From: Candidatus Sumerlaeota bacterium
GTDB taxonomy: Bacteria; Sumerlaeota; Sumerlaeia; UBA8349
Assembly (NCBI GenBank): GCA_016931035.1
Contig: JAFGFN010000181.1
Coordinates: forward strand, 3,664-67,663
Length of the DNA: 64,000 nt
Direction of reading: 5' to 3'
A model generated the notes under the pieces. It was not told the DNA's origin and ran no database searches. It was given only the letters and a program-made list of their open reading frames with translations. Both the position numbers and the translations under genes were made by a program. Positions 1 through 9,253 of this stretch are shown piece after piece; the first letter of the stretch is position 1, and each line of letters starts with the position of its first letter.

Positions 1-1482
1 TACGATTCCGCTCGGAATCGGCTGTTCTGCGCCATCGACCGCTTCGGTATCAAACCCTTCTACTACCGCGAGACCTCGGCCGGCTTCCTGTTCGCAAGCG
101 AGATCAAGGCCCTGTTGGCCGTGCCGGGAGTCCCACGCGAGTTGGACGCGCCCGCCCTCGGCGAGTGGTTCGCCTATCGTTCCCTGGCCTCGGAGAGGAC
201 GCTGCTCAAGGGGATCCGTCAGCTTCTGCCCGGGCACTCCGCCGTGGTCGACGAGCAGGGGGTGCGGATCGTTCGTTACTGGGACGTCGCGCAGTACCTG
301 GGAGACCCGGATACTAGGGTGGATGCTCTCACCGCCCTCGAAGGGATCGACTCGCTATTGCGAGAAAGCGTGTCTCTCCAACTGCGCAGCGACGTTCCCG
401 TCGGCTGCCAGCTCAGCGGCGGCGTCGATTCGAGCCTCACCACGGCTCTGATGGCCCAGGAGGTGGGAAGCCAGGTCCGAGCCTTCTCCATCGGTTTCCG
501 AGACGACGATCCCTGTAACGAGATTCCCTTCTCGAAGGCGCTGGCGGAACGCTACGGACTCGAACACCACCAGATTATCTTGCGCGGCGAGGACTGTGCC
601 CGGCTTCTTCCGGAGATGATCCGGCTTCGCGACGGCCCCATCGGGCACCCCAGCTCGATCGCCGTCTACGCCATGTGCAAACACGCGAAGCCGTACATCA
701 CGGTGCTTTTGTCGGGCGAAGGCTCGGACGAGATCTTCGGCGGGTACGATCGTTACCATATTCTGCTTCACCGCCTGAACCCGTTCATCGACAAGCCATT
801 GCGTTGCCTGCCTCGATGGACGCCGCGAATAGGGCCGCTGGCCAAGGCGATGAAGTGGAAGCGGCTTCTCTCGCCCAGTGTCGAGAAAATGGTCGTCCAC
901 AGCATCGCCTGTCACAAACCGGCGAAGATTCGGAATCTGTTGCGAGACGGATTGACCGACAGAGGCGACGTTCGTCGCCGCCGGGAAATCGCGGCGGAGC
1001 CCGGGTTGTCGCCCTTCGAAGGGATGCAATGCCTCGACATCAAGGCCCGCCTGACGTCGATTCTGGCCCGGCAGGACCGAATGAGCATGGCCGCCAGCGT
1101 CGAGACGCGCGTTCCGTTCCTCGATCATCGGCTGGCGATCTTCGCCGCACGTCTGCCTCGAGGGCTGAAGACCCGACGCCGCGAGGGAAAGTGGCTTCTG
1201 AAGAAGTACGCCGAGAATCTGATGCCCCGCGCGAACATCTATCGCAAGAAGATCGGCTTCGCCACCCCCTTTGTCCGTTGGCTGGGCGACGAACGGGATC
1301 TGGGACGGTATCTGCCCGAGTTGACCGCGCCGAACGCCGTTTCAGCCGGTCTCTACCGGCCGGGAGCGGTGAGGGAGAGTATCGAACGTTTCCGGCGGGA
1401 CCCCAGTCACGGAAACGCCGATCTCGTCTGGACCCTGATCAACGTCGAGGTTTGGATGCGAACGCATCGCGTCGTGTTCTGA
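1..1482 (+). CDS. asnB: Asparagine synthase (glutamine-hydrolysing) family amidotransferase, 5'-truncated
   Basis: Frame is open from base 1 (…AIDRFGIKPFYY…). Motifs SDVPVGCQLSGGVDSS, LSGEGSDEIFGGY and DRMSMAASVETRVPFLDH are typical of AsnB-like enzymes, which often amidate glycans. Confidence 0.9.
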   Translation, partial: YDSARNRLFCAIDRFGIKPFYYRETSAGFLFASEIKALLAVPGVPRELDAPALGEWFAYRSLASERTLLKGIRQLLPGHSAVVDEQGVRIVRYWDVAQYLGDPDTRVDALTALEGIDSLLRESVSLQLRSDVPVGCQLSGGVDSSLTTALMAQEVGSQVRAFSIGFRDDDPCNEIPFSKALAERYGLEHHQIILRGEDCARLLPEMIRLRDGPIGHPSSIAVYAMCKHAKPYITVLLSGEGSDEIFGGYDRYHILLHRLNPFIDKPLRCLPRWTPRIGPLAKAMKWKRLLSPSVEKMVVHSIACHKPAKIRNLLRDGLTDRGDVRRRREIAAEPGLSPFEGMQCLDIKARLTSILARQDRMSMAASVETRVPFLDHRLAIFAARLPRGLKTRRREGKWLLKKYAENLMPRANIYRKKIGFATPFVRWLGDERDLGRYLPELTAPNAVSAGLYRPGAVRESIERFRRDPSHGNADLVWTLINVEVWMRTHRVVF

Positions 1483-1493
1483 CCCGCATCCCG

Positions 1494-2255
1494 TCAACTC
1501 ACGTTGAGGTTCTTGGAGCGCAAGTAGTTCTTGAGTTCCGGGATGTCGATCATGTGGAAGTGGAACACCGATGCGGCGAGGAGGATGGTCGCCCCGGCCT
1601 CGACCGCCTCGTAGAAATGTTCGAGTTGGCCCGCGCCGCCCGAAGCGACGATCTCGGCCGAAACGGCCTGGGCCATGGCGCGGATCACGGGGAGGTCGTA
1701 TCCCGTCTTGGCGCCGTCGCCCGCCTTGCTCGTCGGCAGGATGACGGCGACGCCGAGACCGTCGACGCGTTTCGCCCACTCGAGCGCGTCGTGTCCGGTG
1801 GCGGTCCGCCCGCCGTCGATGTAGACCTCGTAGCCGCTCGGGAGTTTCGGGTTGCGGTCCACGTCGATGGCGACGGTGACCTTGTCGGGTCCGAACTCGC
1901 GCACCATTTCTTCGAGGACGGCGGGATTGCGAAATCCCGCGCTGCCGACCGAGACCTTGTCCGCACCGGCGTCGAGGACCGCTTGGGCGGTCGCGACGCT
2001 CGAAATGCCGCCGCCGACGGTGAAGGGGACGGTGGCGGCGTCGGCGACGCGCCGGACGACGTCGAGCATCGTGGCGCGTCCCTCGACGGTCGCCGTGATG
2101 TCGAGCAGGGCCAGTTCGTCGGCCCCGGCCTCGCAATAGGCGCGCGCGCATTCGACCGGGTCCCCGGCGTCGCGAATATCGACGAAGTGCACCCCTTTGA
2201 CAACGCGTCCGTTTTGCATATCGAGACACGGCATGATGCGAACGGGTCGGTTCAT
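1494..2255 (-). CDS. hisF: Imidazole glycerol phosphate synthase cyclase subunit HisF
   Basis: [54 protein letters not shown] and LAASVFHF motifs. AGGAGG lies upstream of ATG 2255. Confidence 0.9.
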   Translation of the reverse strand: MNRPVRIMPCLDMQNGRVVKGVHFVDIRDAGDPVECARAYCEAGADELALLDITATVEGRATMLDVVRRVADAATVPFTVGGGISSVATAQAVLDAGADKVSVGSAGFRNPAVLEEMVREFGPDKVTVAIDVDRNPKLPSGYEVYIDGGRTATGHDALEWAKRVDGLGVAVILPTSKAGDGAKTGYDLPVIRAMAQAVSAEIVASGGAGQLEHFYEAVEAGATILLAASVFHFHMIDIPELKNYLRSKNLNVS

Positions 2256-2266
2256 GGTTTCCCTCC

Positions 2267-3413
2267 TCAAGAATCGTTCTCCCTTTCACGGTCTTCCTTG
2301 TCGAGTTCCGGGAGTTGCGTCTCTATAGTGCGACAGAGACCAAGCAACTCACTTATCGCCTGACGGTAGTGCTCAACGGAATTGAGGACCTGATCTTGGG
2401 TAGTCATATCTTTTTCGGTTCGAAGCATAGCGATTTCCTGGCTGACTCTATCGATCTTGTCTCGAATGCTCGAGTAGTATTCCGGGAAAACGGAGGAGAT
2501 AGCGGTGGAACTGAAGGGAGCCAAGAAACCAGCGATCCTCTTTCGGACGGCTACGGAAAGAAAATCGGCCGCGTCGAAGAAAGCCCTGTACTCGTGCGCC
2601 AGAATCATCTTCTCCTGTTTCTCGGCGTAGTCTTCCCCGAGCGTGTCGGTCAACCCCAGTTCGTACGCTCGAAGCCGAATCACGTGGTCGTAGGCGTGCC
2701 ACTGCTCTAGTGGGCTGAAGGAAGGTTCTAAACTCATCAAACTCCTCACCCAACAGCATCAGTTCCTTTGCGCGGACGTGGACCTGAACAATCACGGTCC
2801 GGATGTCGGTAGATGGGGAAACAGCTCCCTCAATCGGCGCTGTGCGCTCCGGATCTACCGAGTCCCTTGTTGAATCTGGACGAGCGCCGTTTCTCCGCTT
2901 CTTGGCTTGCGGCTTGCGTGTGGGCCACGGTTTTCCCAACGGCCACGGTTCGACGCCAGAGCGGCCGAACAGGAAATCGAGGAGATCTTGAAATGGCCCC
3001 TCCGTGTTCACGGGGTAGAATGTGTGTCCGCGCGCAGGTTCGGGAATCCATTGCTCGTCGTCTCGGTCGAAGAGCATGGGAACAAACTTCACGGTTTTGC
3101 TTCGTGCCCTGTAGATCTCGTGCGTGATAATCGCGCCTTCCCAGTCCGCACCCATTCCTCTTTCCGGTACATCATGACCGCGAAAACAGTGGTAGTAAGT
3201 CTTCGTGCAGACGAGCAGGACGAAGTCCGCCAAATCGATCATGTTGAGCATCCAGCGATCCCAACCCTCCGGGGGAGTTCCCTTCACGTACCGGTCAAGC
3301 ATCACGTCGATGAGCTCTGTACGCAGGCGTTGTGACAAGGCTAGCACCCGTTCCTTGTGTTCCTTCGAATCGTGACTGTAGCTCACAAAGACTCTGGGAT
3401 GGCTGTCTGGCAT
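2267..3413 (-). pseudogene. SEFIR/TIR-domain protein with a helical C-terminal domain, split by an apparent +1 frameshift near 2712
   Basis: N-terminus PRVFVSYSHDSKEHKERVLALSQRL…PPEGWDRWM…ADFVLLVCT is SEFIR-like. After …FRTFLQP the frame degenerates, while the overlapping frame (ORF 2267..2749) continues LEQWHAYDHVIRL… with protein-like composition. GC looks lower than in the flanks. Confidence 0.65.
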
Positions 3414-3452
3414 TGGGGTGCTGGTTCGTATCCGATCGTTCCTTCGGGGAGC

Positions 3453-3941
3453 CTACAACGAGAGCCGTTTGATGTAAATCACTTTGTCGTCGCCCGGGGC
3501 ATAGAAATCGGCCAGTCGCGCCGCTTCAGGATAGCCGAACTTGACGTAGAAGCGCCGTGTGGCGTCGTAGGCCGCGCGGCTCGAAGTCTCGACGACGGCG
3601 AGACGGCCGCCGATCTCTCGGATTGTCCGTTCGGCGTGGGTCATGAGGGCCTGGCCGAGACCTTGTCCGTGCAGATCGGGCGCGACGGCGAGCCAATAGA
3701 TGTCGTACGTCCCCAAGGTGCAAGGGGTGGGACCGAAACAGACCCAGCCCGCGGCCCTACCTCCCACCTCGGCGGTGTAGGACAGGTAGGGACCGTTGTC
3801 GCCCTTGGCCAAGGCTTCGTCGAGCACCTCGCGGGCGACCTCGATCTCGTCGGGACGAAAGACCCCGGTCGCCTCGGAGAAGCGGAGTATCTCGTCGCGG
3901 TCGGCGGACGCACTTCGGCGAATGACAAACGATGCGTTCAT
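3453..3941 (-). CDS. GNAT family N-acetyltransferase
   Basis: YWLAVAPDLHGQGLGQALM acetyl-CoA motif; ETSS…TRRFYVKFGY. Last gene of the kamA cluster. Confidence 0.9.
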   Translation of the reverse strand: MNASFVIRRSASADRDEILRFSEATGVFRPDEIEVAREVLDEALAKGDNGPYLSYTAEVGGRAAGWVCFGPTPCTLGTYDIYWLAVAPDLHGQGLGQALMTHAERTIREIGGRLAVVETSSRAAYDATRRFYVKFGYPEAARLADFYAPGDDKVIYIKRLSL

Positions 3942-3972
3942 GCTCTTCCCTCCAAGACCTCGCACCAGAGGT

Positions 3973-5055
3973 CTACGAATCTCGGAATCCTCGATCTTTC
4001 ACTCGTTCTCGCGTTCTCACGTTCATGCGTTCACACGCCACCCTGTCGAGAGCGTTTCGGACGACTGTCGCGACGAATTCGCGGTAGGGAATCCCCGCGT
4101 GTTCGAGCGCGGCGGCGAATCCGGCGTCGGGAGCGATATCCGGATTCGTGTTGATTTCCAGGACGGCGACCTCGCCCGCGGAATCCATGCGCAAATCGAC
4201 GCGGGCGTAGTCGCGGCACCCGACGGCGCGCCACGCATCGAGCGCGATTCGCTCGATCCGCGCCGCTTCGCCTCGCCGCAACGGCGCGGGAAGCAGGCGT
4301 GGAGTATGGTGGTATTCAAACGAATCGTTTTGCCATTTCGCCGCGTAGTCCACCACCGTCGGACGCTCCGGACCGAACGCCGAGAAGTCGATCTCGGCGA
4401 TTCCGACGACCTCGGCTCGACCCGCGCGTTCGAAAACCGAGACGTTGATTTCGCGCGTGCCGAAGAACGCCTCGATCAAGGCGGGTTGACCGAAACGGTC
4501 GTGGATGGCGCGCACCGCCGCGCGGAGCTTCGGTCCGGTCCTGGGGAAGAGCGAGGCGTCGGCGTGAATGCCCTCGCTGGCGTCGGCGGCGACGGGCTTG
4601 ACGATAAGAGGCGGCTTGGGAAGACGATTCTTCGGGATCTTCTCGCCAATCGGAACCAGGACGCCAGCGGGGACGGGAAGGCCCGCCGCCTTGAGCACGG
4701 CGTTGGTGCGCCACTTGTCGAGCGAGAGGGTGAGCGATGTCGTGTCGCATCCCGTGCACCCCTTTCCGAATGCGGAGCACAACGCGGGCACGTAGTTCAT
4801 CTCCTCGGGCCGGTCGTGAAAACTCTCGACGAGGTTGAAGACAACCGGTTCCGTAGCGCGCGCCAAAACGCGCGCCGCGTCGCGGAGACGTTTCACCCCC
4901 ACGGACCGGAACGGCGTTCGCGTCTTTCGCAACGCGGCGCCAACGGCTTCGACTTCGGCCAGCACTCCCGCGTCGCTTTCGGAGAAACCGTTTTGCGACG
5001 CGTCGGCCCTAGGCGAGTTGAAGAGTATCAGTACTGGGGGACGACTGCGTTTCAT
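3973..5055 (-). CDS. D-Ala-D-Ala ligase-like ATP-grasp enzyme (paralog 2)
   Basis: VVFNLVE, SLDKW, PLIVKPVAADASEGI, DYAAKW, GCRDYARVDLR and LEINTNPDI motifs. Confidence 0.85.
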   Translation of the reverse strand: MKRSRPPVLILFNSPRADASQNGFSESDAGVLAEVEAVGAALRKTRTPFRSVGVKRLRDAARVLARATEPVVFNLVESFHDRPEEMNYVPALCSAFGKGCTGCDTTSLTLSLDKWRTNAVLKAAGLPVPAGVLVPIGEKIPKNRLPKPPLIVKPVAADASEGIHADASLFPRTGPKLRAAVRAIHDRFGQPALIEAFFGTREINVSVFERAGRAEVVGIAEIDFSAFGPERPTVVDYAAKWQNDSFEYHHTPRLLPAPLRRGEAARIERIALDAWRAVGCRDYARVDLRMDSAGEVAVLEINTNPDIAPDAGFAAALEHAGIPYREFVATVVRNALDRVACERMNVRTRERVKDRGFRDS

Positions 5056-6061
5056 TTCCACTTTCCGGGACGGCGATCCGCGCGCGTTCGAGCGCGCTTC
5101 GGATGACATTGTCGATCAGCCGGTCGTATCGCATTCCCTCCTGCGCGGCGATCATCGGCAGATCGGAGTGCGAAGGGTGCAAACCCGCAAGCGGATTGAT
5201 CTCGATGAACGCCGGACGGCCCTCGGCGTCGAGACGGATATCGACCCGTCCCGCGTCGCGACACTCGAGCGTGCGATAGCAGGCCAGCGCCAAGGCCTCG
5301 ACCTCGCGGCGCAGGTCTATCTCGCGCAGGGGCGAGTAGCGAACTTGAGTCTCGCATCGCTCCTTCGTTTCGTACGAATAGATAGCGTTGGCGTCTCGAG
5401 GGAGAATCTCGATCTCCATCGTTCCCAGGACTCGGGCCTTGCCGTCGGCGCCGAGAACGGCCGTCGTGAACTCGCGTCCGGGGAGATACTTCTCGACGAG
5501 GACCGGCTGACTGGATCGAGCGAGAAGCGCCGTACAGACCCGCTCGAGCTGCTCGCGCGATTCGATTCGGCTGTCGTTGTCGATTCCCTTGCCCGTCCCC
5601 TCGGCGATCGGCTTGACGAAAAGCGGGAACGCCAGATCGACCCGGGCGAGATCGCCCGCCGAACGCACGACGCGGAAATCGGGCGTGTTCAGGCCGGCCT
5701 CGCGCACCAGGCGCTTCGCCACGGCTTTGTCGAGCGTGGCGGCGCACGTGAGGGGGTCGGAGAAGGTGTAGGGGACCCCGTAGAGTTCGAGAATGGCCGG
5801 TACTTGCGACTCGCGCGACCGGCCGCGCATCCCCTCCGCGACGGTGAAGACCAGATCCCAACGTTCGCCCGCGACAAGCCACGCGCAGAGCTTCCGCGCG
5901 TTGCCGATCCGGACCACGCGATACCCGAGGGCGCGGATCGTGTTCTCGATCGCGTCGATCGTTTCGTCGGAGTCGAACTCGGCCACCTGTTCTTCGGTGT
6001 AACCTTCGGCCAGGTACTCGCTTCGCAGATCGTAGACGAGTCCGATGCTCAAGTCGTTCAT
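5009..6061 (-). CDS. D-Ala-D-Ala ligase-like ATP-grasp enzyme (paralog 1)
   Basis: RESQVPAILE, TLDKAVAK, FPLFVKPIAEGTGKGI, YLPGREFT, CRDAGRVDIR and EINPLAGL motifs. Confidence 0.88.
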   Translation of the reverse strand: MNDLSIGLVYDLRSEYLAEGYTEEQVAEFDSDETIDAIENTIRALGYRVVRIGNARKLCAWLVAGERWDLVFTVAEGMRGRSRESQVPAILELYGVPYTFSDPLTCAATLDKAVAKRLVREAGLNTPDFRVVRSAGDLARVDLAFPLFVKPIAEGTGKGIDNDSRIESREQLERVCTALLARSSQPVLVEKYLPGREFTTAVLGADGKARVLGTMEIEILPRDANAIYSYETKERCETQVRYSPLREIDLRREVEALALACYRTLECRDAGRVDIRLDAEGRPAFIEINPLAGLHPSHSDLPMIAAQEGMRYDRLIDNVIRSALERARIAVPESGNETQSSPSTDTLQLA

Positions 6062-7845
6062 GGACTTTCCTTCCTGTGTCCGGCATTTCGATTTGGCGGG
6101 AAATCTTGTTTCCCCGAGAGTCCCTGCGCAACGCCGAGGAAGAAGGCCGGGGCGCCGCGTCGAAGATTGCGCAGGCTGTATCCCCCCTCCTGCACGACCA
6201 GCAAGGGGAGATTCAAGGCGCCCAGGCGCCGTCCGACCTGGCGGATGGTCGCAGGCGTGAGAACGAACGACCCGGTCGGGTCGCCCTTGATCGTATCGAG
6301 CCCGAGCGACGCGACCAGAAACGCGGGTCTGAACCGCTCGATCAGAGCCGCGGCCTTCTCGACCGCCTCCAGGTAGGCTTTCTCGTCCGCCAGTTCCGGG
6401 AGCGGCAAGTTGCGGTTGAAGCCCTTACCCGGTCCTTCGCCGACCTCGTCGGCGAAACCGCTGAAATAGGGATAGGCGATGTTGGGATGGCCGTGAATCG
6501 AGATCGTCAGCACGTCGTCGCGCGCGAAGAAAATATCCTGGGTCCCGTTGCCGTGGTGATAATCGATGTCGAGAACGGCCACGCGCCCTTCGCGACTCAA
6601 TCGATTCGCGACGATGGCGGCGTTGTTGAAGTAGCAGAAGCCCCCGAACGAGCGTTTGCCCGCGTGATGACCGGGAGGACGACACAGCGCGTAGGCCACG
6701 CGGCGTCCGCCGAGGATCTCGTCGCCCGCCGTCATCGCGACGTCGACGGCGGCGCGCGCGGCCTCGTAGGCGTTGCGATCCAGCGGCGTGAACGTGTCGA
6801 TACAGAAGTAACCCGCCCGAACCGCCTTTTCGCGCGGCGGGCGATTGGCGCGCCGAATCGGGAAGACGTACGGATAAACCGGCTGTTTGGTGTCGAGACC
6901 TTCGCACACCGCTTTGAGGTAGTTCACGAAATCGCCGTCGTGCACCGCGCGGATCGCCCCCTCGCCGAACCGGCGAGCGGGAACGAAGGCGAACAGATTC
7001 GTGCGCGAGATGGCGTCCTGGATCGCGGTCACGCGCGCCGGACGCTCGACGTAGCCGCGGTCGCGTACATGATGCATCTGGTGACGCTCGCCCACGATGG
7101 CGGCGAACGATTTCATCAGATGGAAAGCGGCCGTTTCTTTCGCCCCGTTCTTCTCATCCCCGTAGCGCGGCTCGCGGAAACGAACGGGATCGTCGGCGAA
7201 GGATTCGACGACGCGCCGGACATATTCGGCATCGACTAGGTGGCCGTACTTGCGCTCGAGAATCAGGCGCACGGCCGTGCGGGCTTCGGCCCGCCGCAGC
7301 GGTTTGCCTCGCCCGAGGTCGTCGAACAGCAAGCAGGGCGCCGCGACGGACGAGTCCCCGATCGGGGTCTCGTACGAGGTGCCCACGATGGGCCGAACGC
7401 CGTAGCGCTCGTAGAACTGGAGACGCCGTCGATTCTGTTCGAGAATCTTCGGGTCCTTCACGAGCGCCGGATCGTCGGGCAGGACTTCCATGTACATGCC
7501 GCGCGAACCTTGATCCACCAGATACTCGCGCGTCGCTTCGTACAGAGCGCTGCCCAATCCGCCTCCGCGCGTCTGCGGGGCGGTCGCCATGAAATCGAGG
7601 AGCGCGCTCTGGATCTCGGGGAACTCGAGAAGAAGGGAGAATCCCGTGACGCGCCGCGACGAGGTCTCGGATACCAGCAGGGCGGCGCGGTAGCCGTACT
7701 TGAACGGATGTTCGAGCATATCGGGGATTTTCGCCGCATAGTCGGCGACGGCGCCGAAGTTGGCGCGGAAAATCCCCTGGACTTGCTCCACGCGATCGCG
7801 ATCGACCGGCAGCGCTGGGCTGTGGACACGCCGGATCCGAAACAT
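6058..7845 (-). CDS. GNAT acetyltransferase fused to a histone-deacetylase / acetylpolyamine-amidohydrolase domain
   Basis: ATG 7845 overlaps the kamA stop (TGATG). N-terminal GNAT motif: TRGGGLGSALY…LQFYERYG. C-terminal HDAC motifs: ERPAR, RPPGHHA, GGFCYFNN, LDIDYHHGNGTQ, SLGLD and QEGGY. Confidence 0.88.
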   Translation of the reverse strand: MFRIRRVHSPALPVDRDRVEQVQGIFRANFGAVADYAAKIPDMLEHPFKYGYRAALLVSETSSRRVTGFSLLLEFPEIQSALLDFMATAPQTRGGGLGSALYEATREYLVDQGSRGMYMEVLPDDPALVKDPKILEQNRRRLQFYERYGVRPIVGTSYETPIGDSSVAAPCLLFDDLGRGKPLRRAEARTAVRLILERKYGHLVDAEYVRRVVESFADDPVRFREPRYGDEKNGAKETAAFHLMKSFAAIVGERHQMHHVRDRGYVERPARVTAIQDAISRTNLFAFVPARRFGEGAIRAVHDGDFVNYLKAVCEGLDTKQPVYPYVFPIRRANRPPREKAVRAGYFCIDTFTPLDRNAYEAARAAVDVAMTAGDEILGGRRVAYALCRPPGHHAGKRSFGGFCYFNNAAIVANRLSREGRVAVLDIDYHHGNGTQDIFFARDDVLTISIHGHPNIAYPYFSGFADEVGEGPGKGFNRNLPLPELADEKAYLEAVEKAAALIERFRPAFLVASLGLDTIKGDPTGSFVLTPATIRQVGRRLGALNLPLLVVQEGGYSLRNLRRGAPAFFLGVAQGLSGKQDFPPNRNAGHRKESP

Positions 7846-9209
7846 CACGCGCTCCGCGGCTCGAGGACCGAGATCACGGCCTTCGGCGTACGGCGTTTGT
7901 GGCGTGCGCTGTCCGCCGGTTGAATCTTGCTGGCGAGTCCCGAGGCGAGCTCCCATACGCCGGGGGCCGCGCTTCTCGTGGCGGGGACAGCCGTTGTGGC
8001 GTCCCCCACGCACGGCTCGGGATACGACACCAGCATCCCCTCGAAGTTGCGGAGGACCGTATGCGTCGGGCTCGTCGAGACGACGTAGTTGGGCAGCACG
8101 GGCAGTTTGCCGCCGCCATGGGGCGAATCCACGACGAACGTCGGGATCGCCAGGCCGCTCACGCGCCCCCGCATGTATTCCATGATCTCGATGCCGCGCG
8201 ACATCGGTGTGCGGAAATGCTCGACGCCGCGCACCAGGTCGCACTGAAACAGGTAGTACGGACGCACGCGCATCCGAATCAGACCGCGGCACAACCGTTC
8301 CATGATTTCCGGGTCGTCGTTGACGCCGCGCAAGAGAACCGATTGGTTGCCCAGCGGAATCCCCGCGTCGGCGAGCCGCGCGCAGGCCTGCGCGGAGTCG
8401 GGCGTGATTTCGTTCGGGTGGTTGAAGTGCGTGTTCACCCAAATCGGCAAATACTTGCGCAACATCGCCGCCAGATCGGCGGTCACCCGCATCGGCAACG
8501 TGACCGGGGTCCGCGTTCCAATGCGGATCACCTCGACGCTCGGAACCGAGCGCAGGGCGATGAGGATGCGTTCGAGCGCGTCGGTGCTCAGGGTGAAGGG
8601 GTCGCCACCCGAGACGATCACGTCGTGAATCTCGGGATGGGCTCTCAGATAGGCGGCGATCCGCGCAAGACGCTGAGCCGGAAGACTGCTCTCGCGCACT
8701 CCCGCTACGCGCTTGCGCGTGCAGTGACGGCAGTACATGGCGCACGTCGTCGTGGCGATCACGAGCGCTCGGTCCGGATAGCGATGCACCAGTCCTGGCA
8801 CGGGCGTGTCGTGGTCTTCTTCGAGCGGGTCGTCTTTGAGGAAAGGCGGGTCGATAAGTTCCTGCGACTGGGGCACGGCCATCAGAAACGCGGGATCGGA
8901 TTCGTCGAACGAACGGATCAGAGAGGCGTAATAGGGAGTGATAGCGAGAGGGAATCTCTCCGCCGCTCTCATCGATCCCGGAGAAGGCTCGAAATCCTTG
9001 AAAAACCGCTTCAGGTCCTCGGCCGACCGGATCCGATTGCGCATCTGCCAACGCCAGTCGTTCCACTGGGGCGCGGTCGCGAGATCGGCGAGCCGCACGG
9101 AAAGATCTTCCTCCGCCGACTCGGGCTCGGCGAGAACGATGGATGGGGATGGAGGCTTGTCGTCTGCGACCTCGCATTCCACCGCGATTGCCGACTGAGC
9201 TTTTGTCAT
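7845..9209 (-). CDS. kamA: KamA family radical SAM enzyme (lysine 2,3-aminomutase)
   Basis: WNDWRWQMRNRI, LVHRYPDR, CAMYCRHC (CxxxCxxC), SGGDP, RIGTRTP, THFNHP, NQSVLLRGVND, PYYLFQCD and the PLP lysine in GGGK. Confidence 0.93.
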   Translation of the reverse strand: MTKAQSAIAVECEVADDKPPSPSIVLAEPESAEEDLSVRLADLATAPQWNDWRWQMRNRIRSAEDLKRFFKDFEPSPGSMRAAERFPLAITPYYASLIRSFDESDPAFLMAVPQSQELIDPPFLKDDPLEEDHDTPVPGLVHRYPDRALVIATTTCAMYCRHCTRKRVAGVRESSLPAQRLARIAAYLRAHPEIHDVIVSGGDPFTLSTDALERILIALRSVPSVEVIRIGTRTPVTLPMRVTADLAAMLRKYLPIWVNTHFNHPNEITPDSAQACARLADAGIPLGNQSVLLRGVNDDPEIMERLCRGLIRMRVRPYYLFQCDLVRGVEHFRTPMSRGIEIMEYMRGRVSGLAIPTFVVDSPHGGGKLPVLPNYVVSTSPTHTVLRNFEGMLVSYPEPCVGDATTAVPATRSAAPGVWELASGLASKIQPADSARHKRRTPKAVISVLEPRSA

Positions 9210-9253
9210 AGTAACTGTCTAGTCCTCCTGTCTTCGGTAGTCGAACCCCGCGG

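Noticed and set aside
3973..6061. Vancomycin-resistance or housekeeping ddl genes
   Set aside because: The canonical Ddl/Van N-terminal GGxSxEH motif is absent, there is no vanH/vanX or dcw context, and the genes are embedded with kamA.
7846..9177. N-terminal 444 codons of the 1039-aa ORF 6058..9177
   Set aside because: Arg/Ala-rich off-frame shadow of kamA. The real GNAT-HDAC gene starts at ATG 7845.
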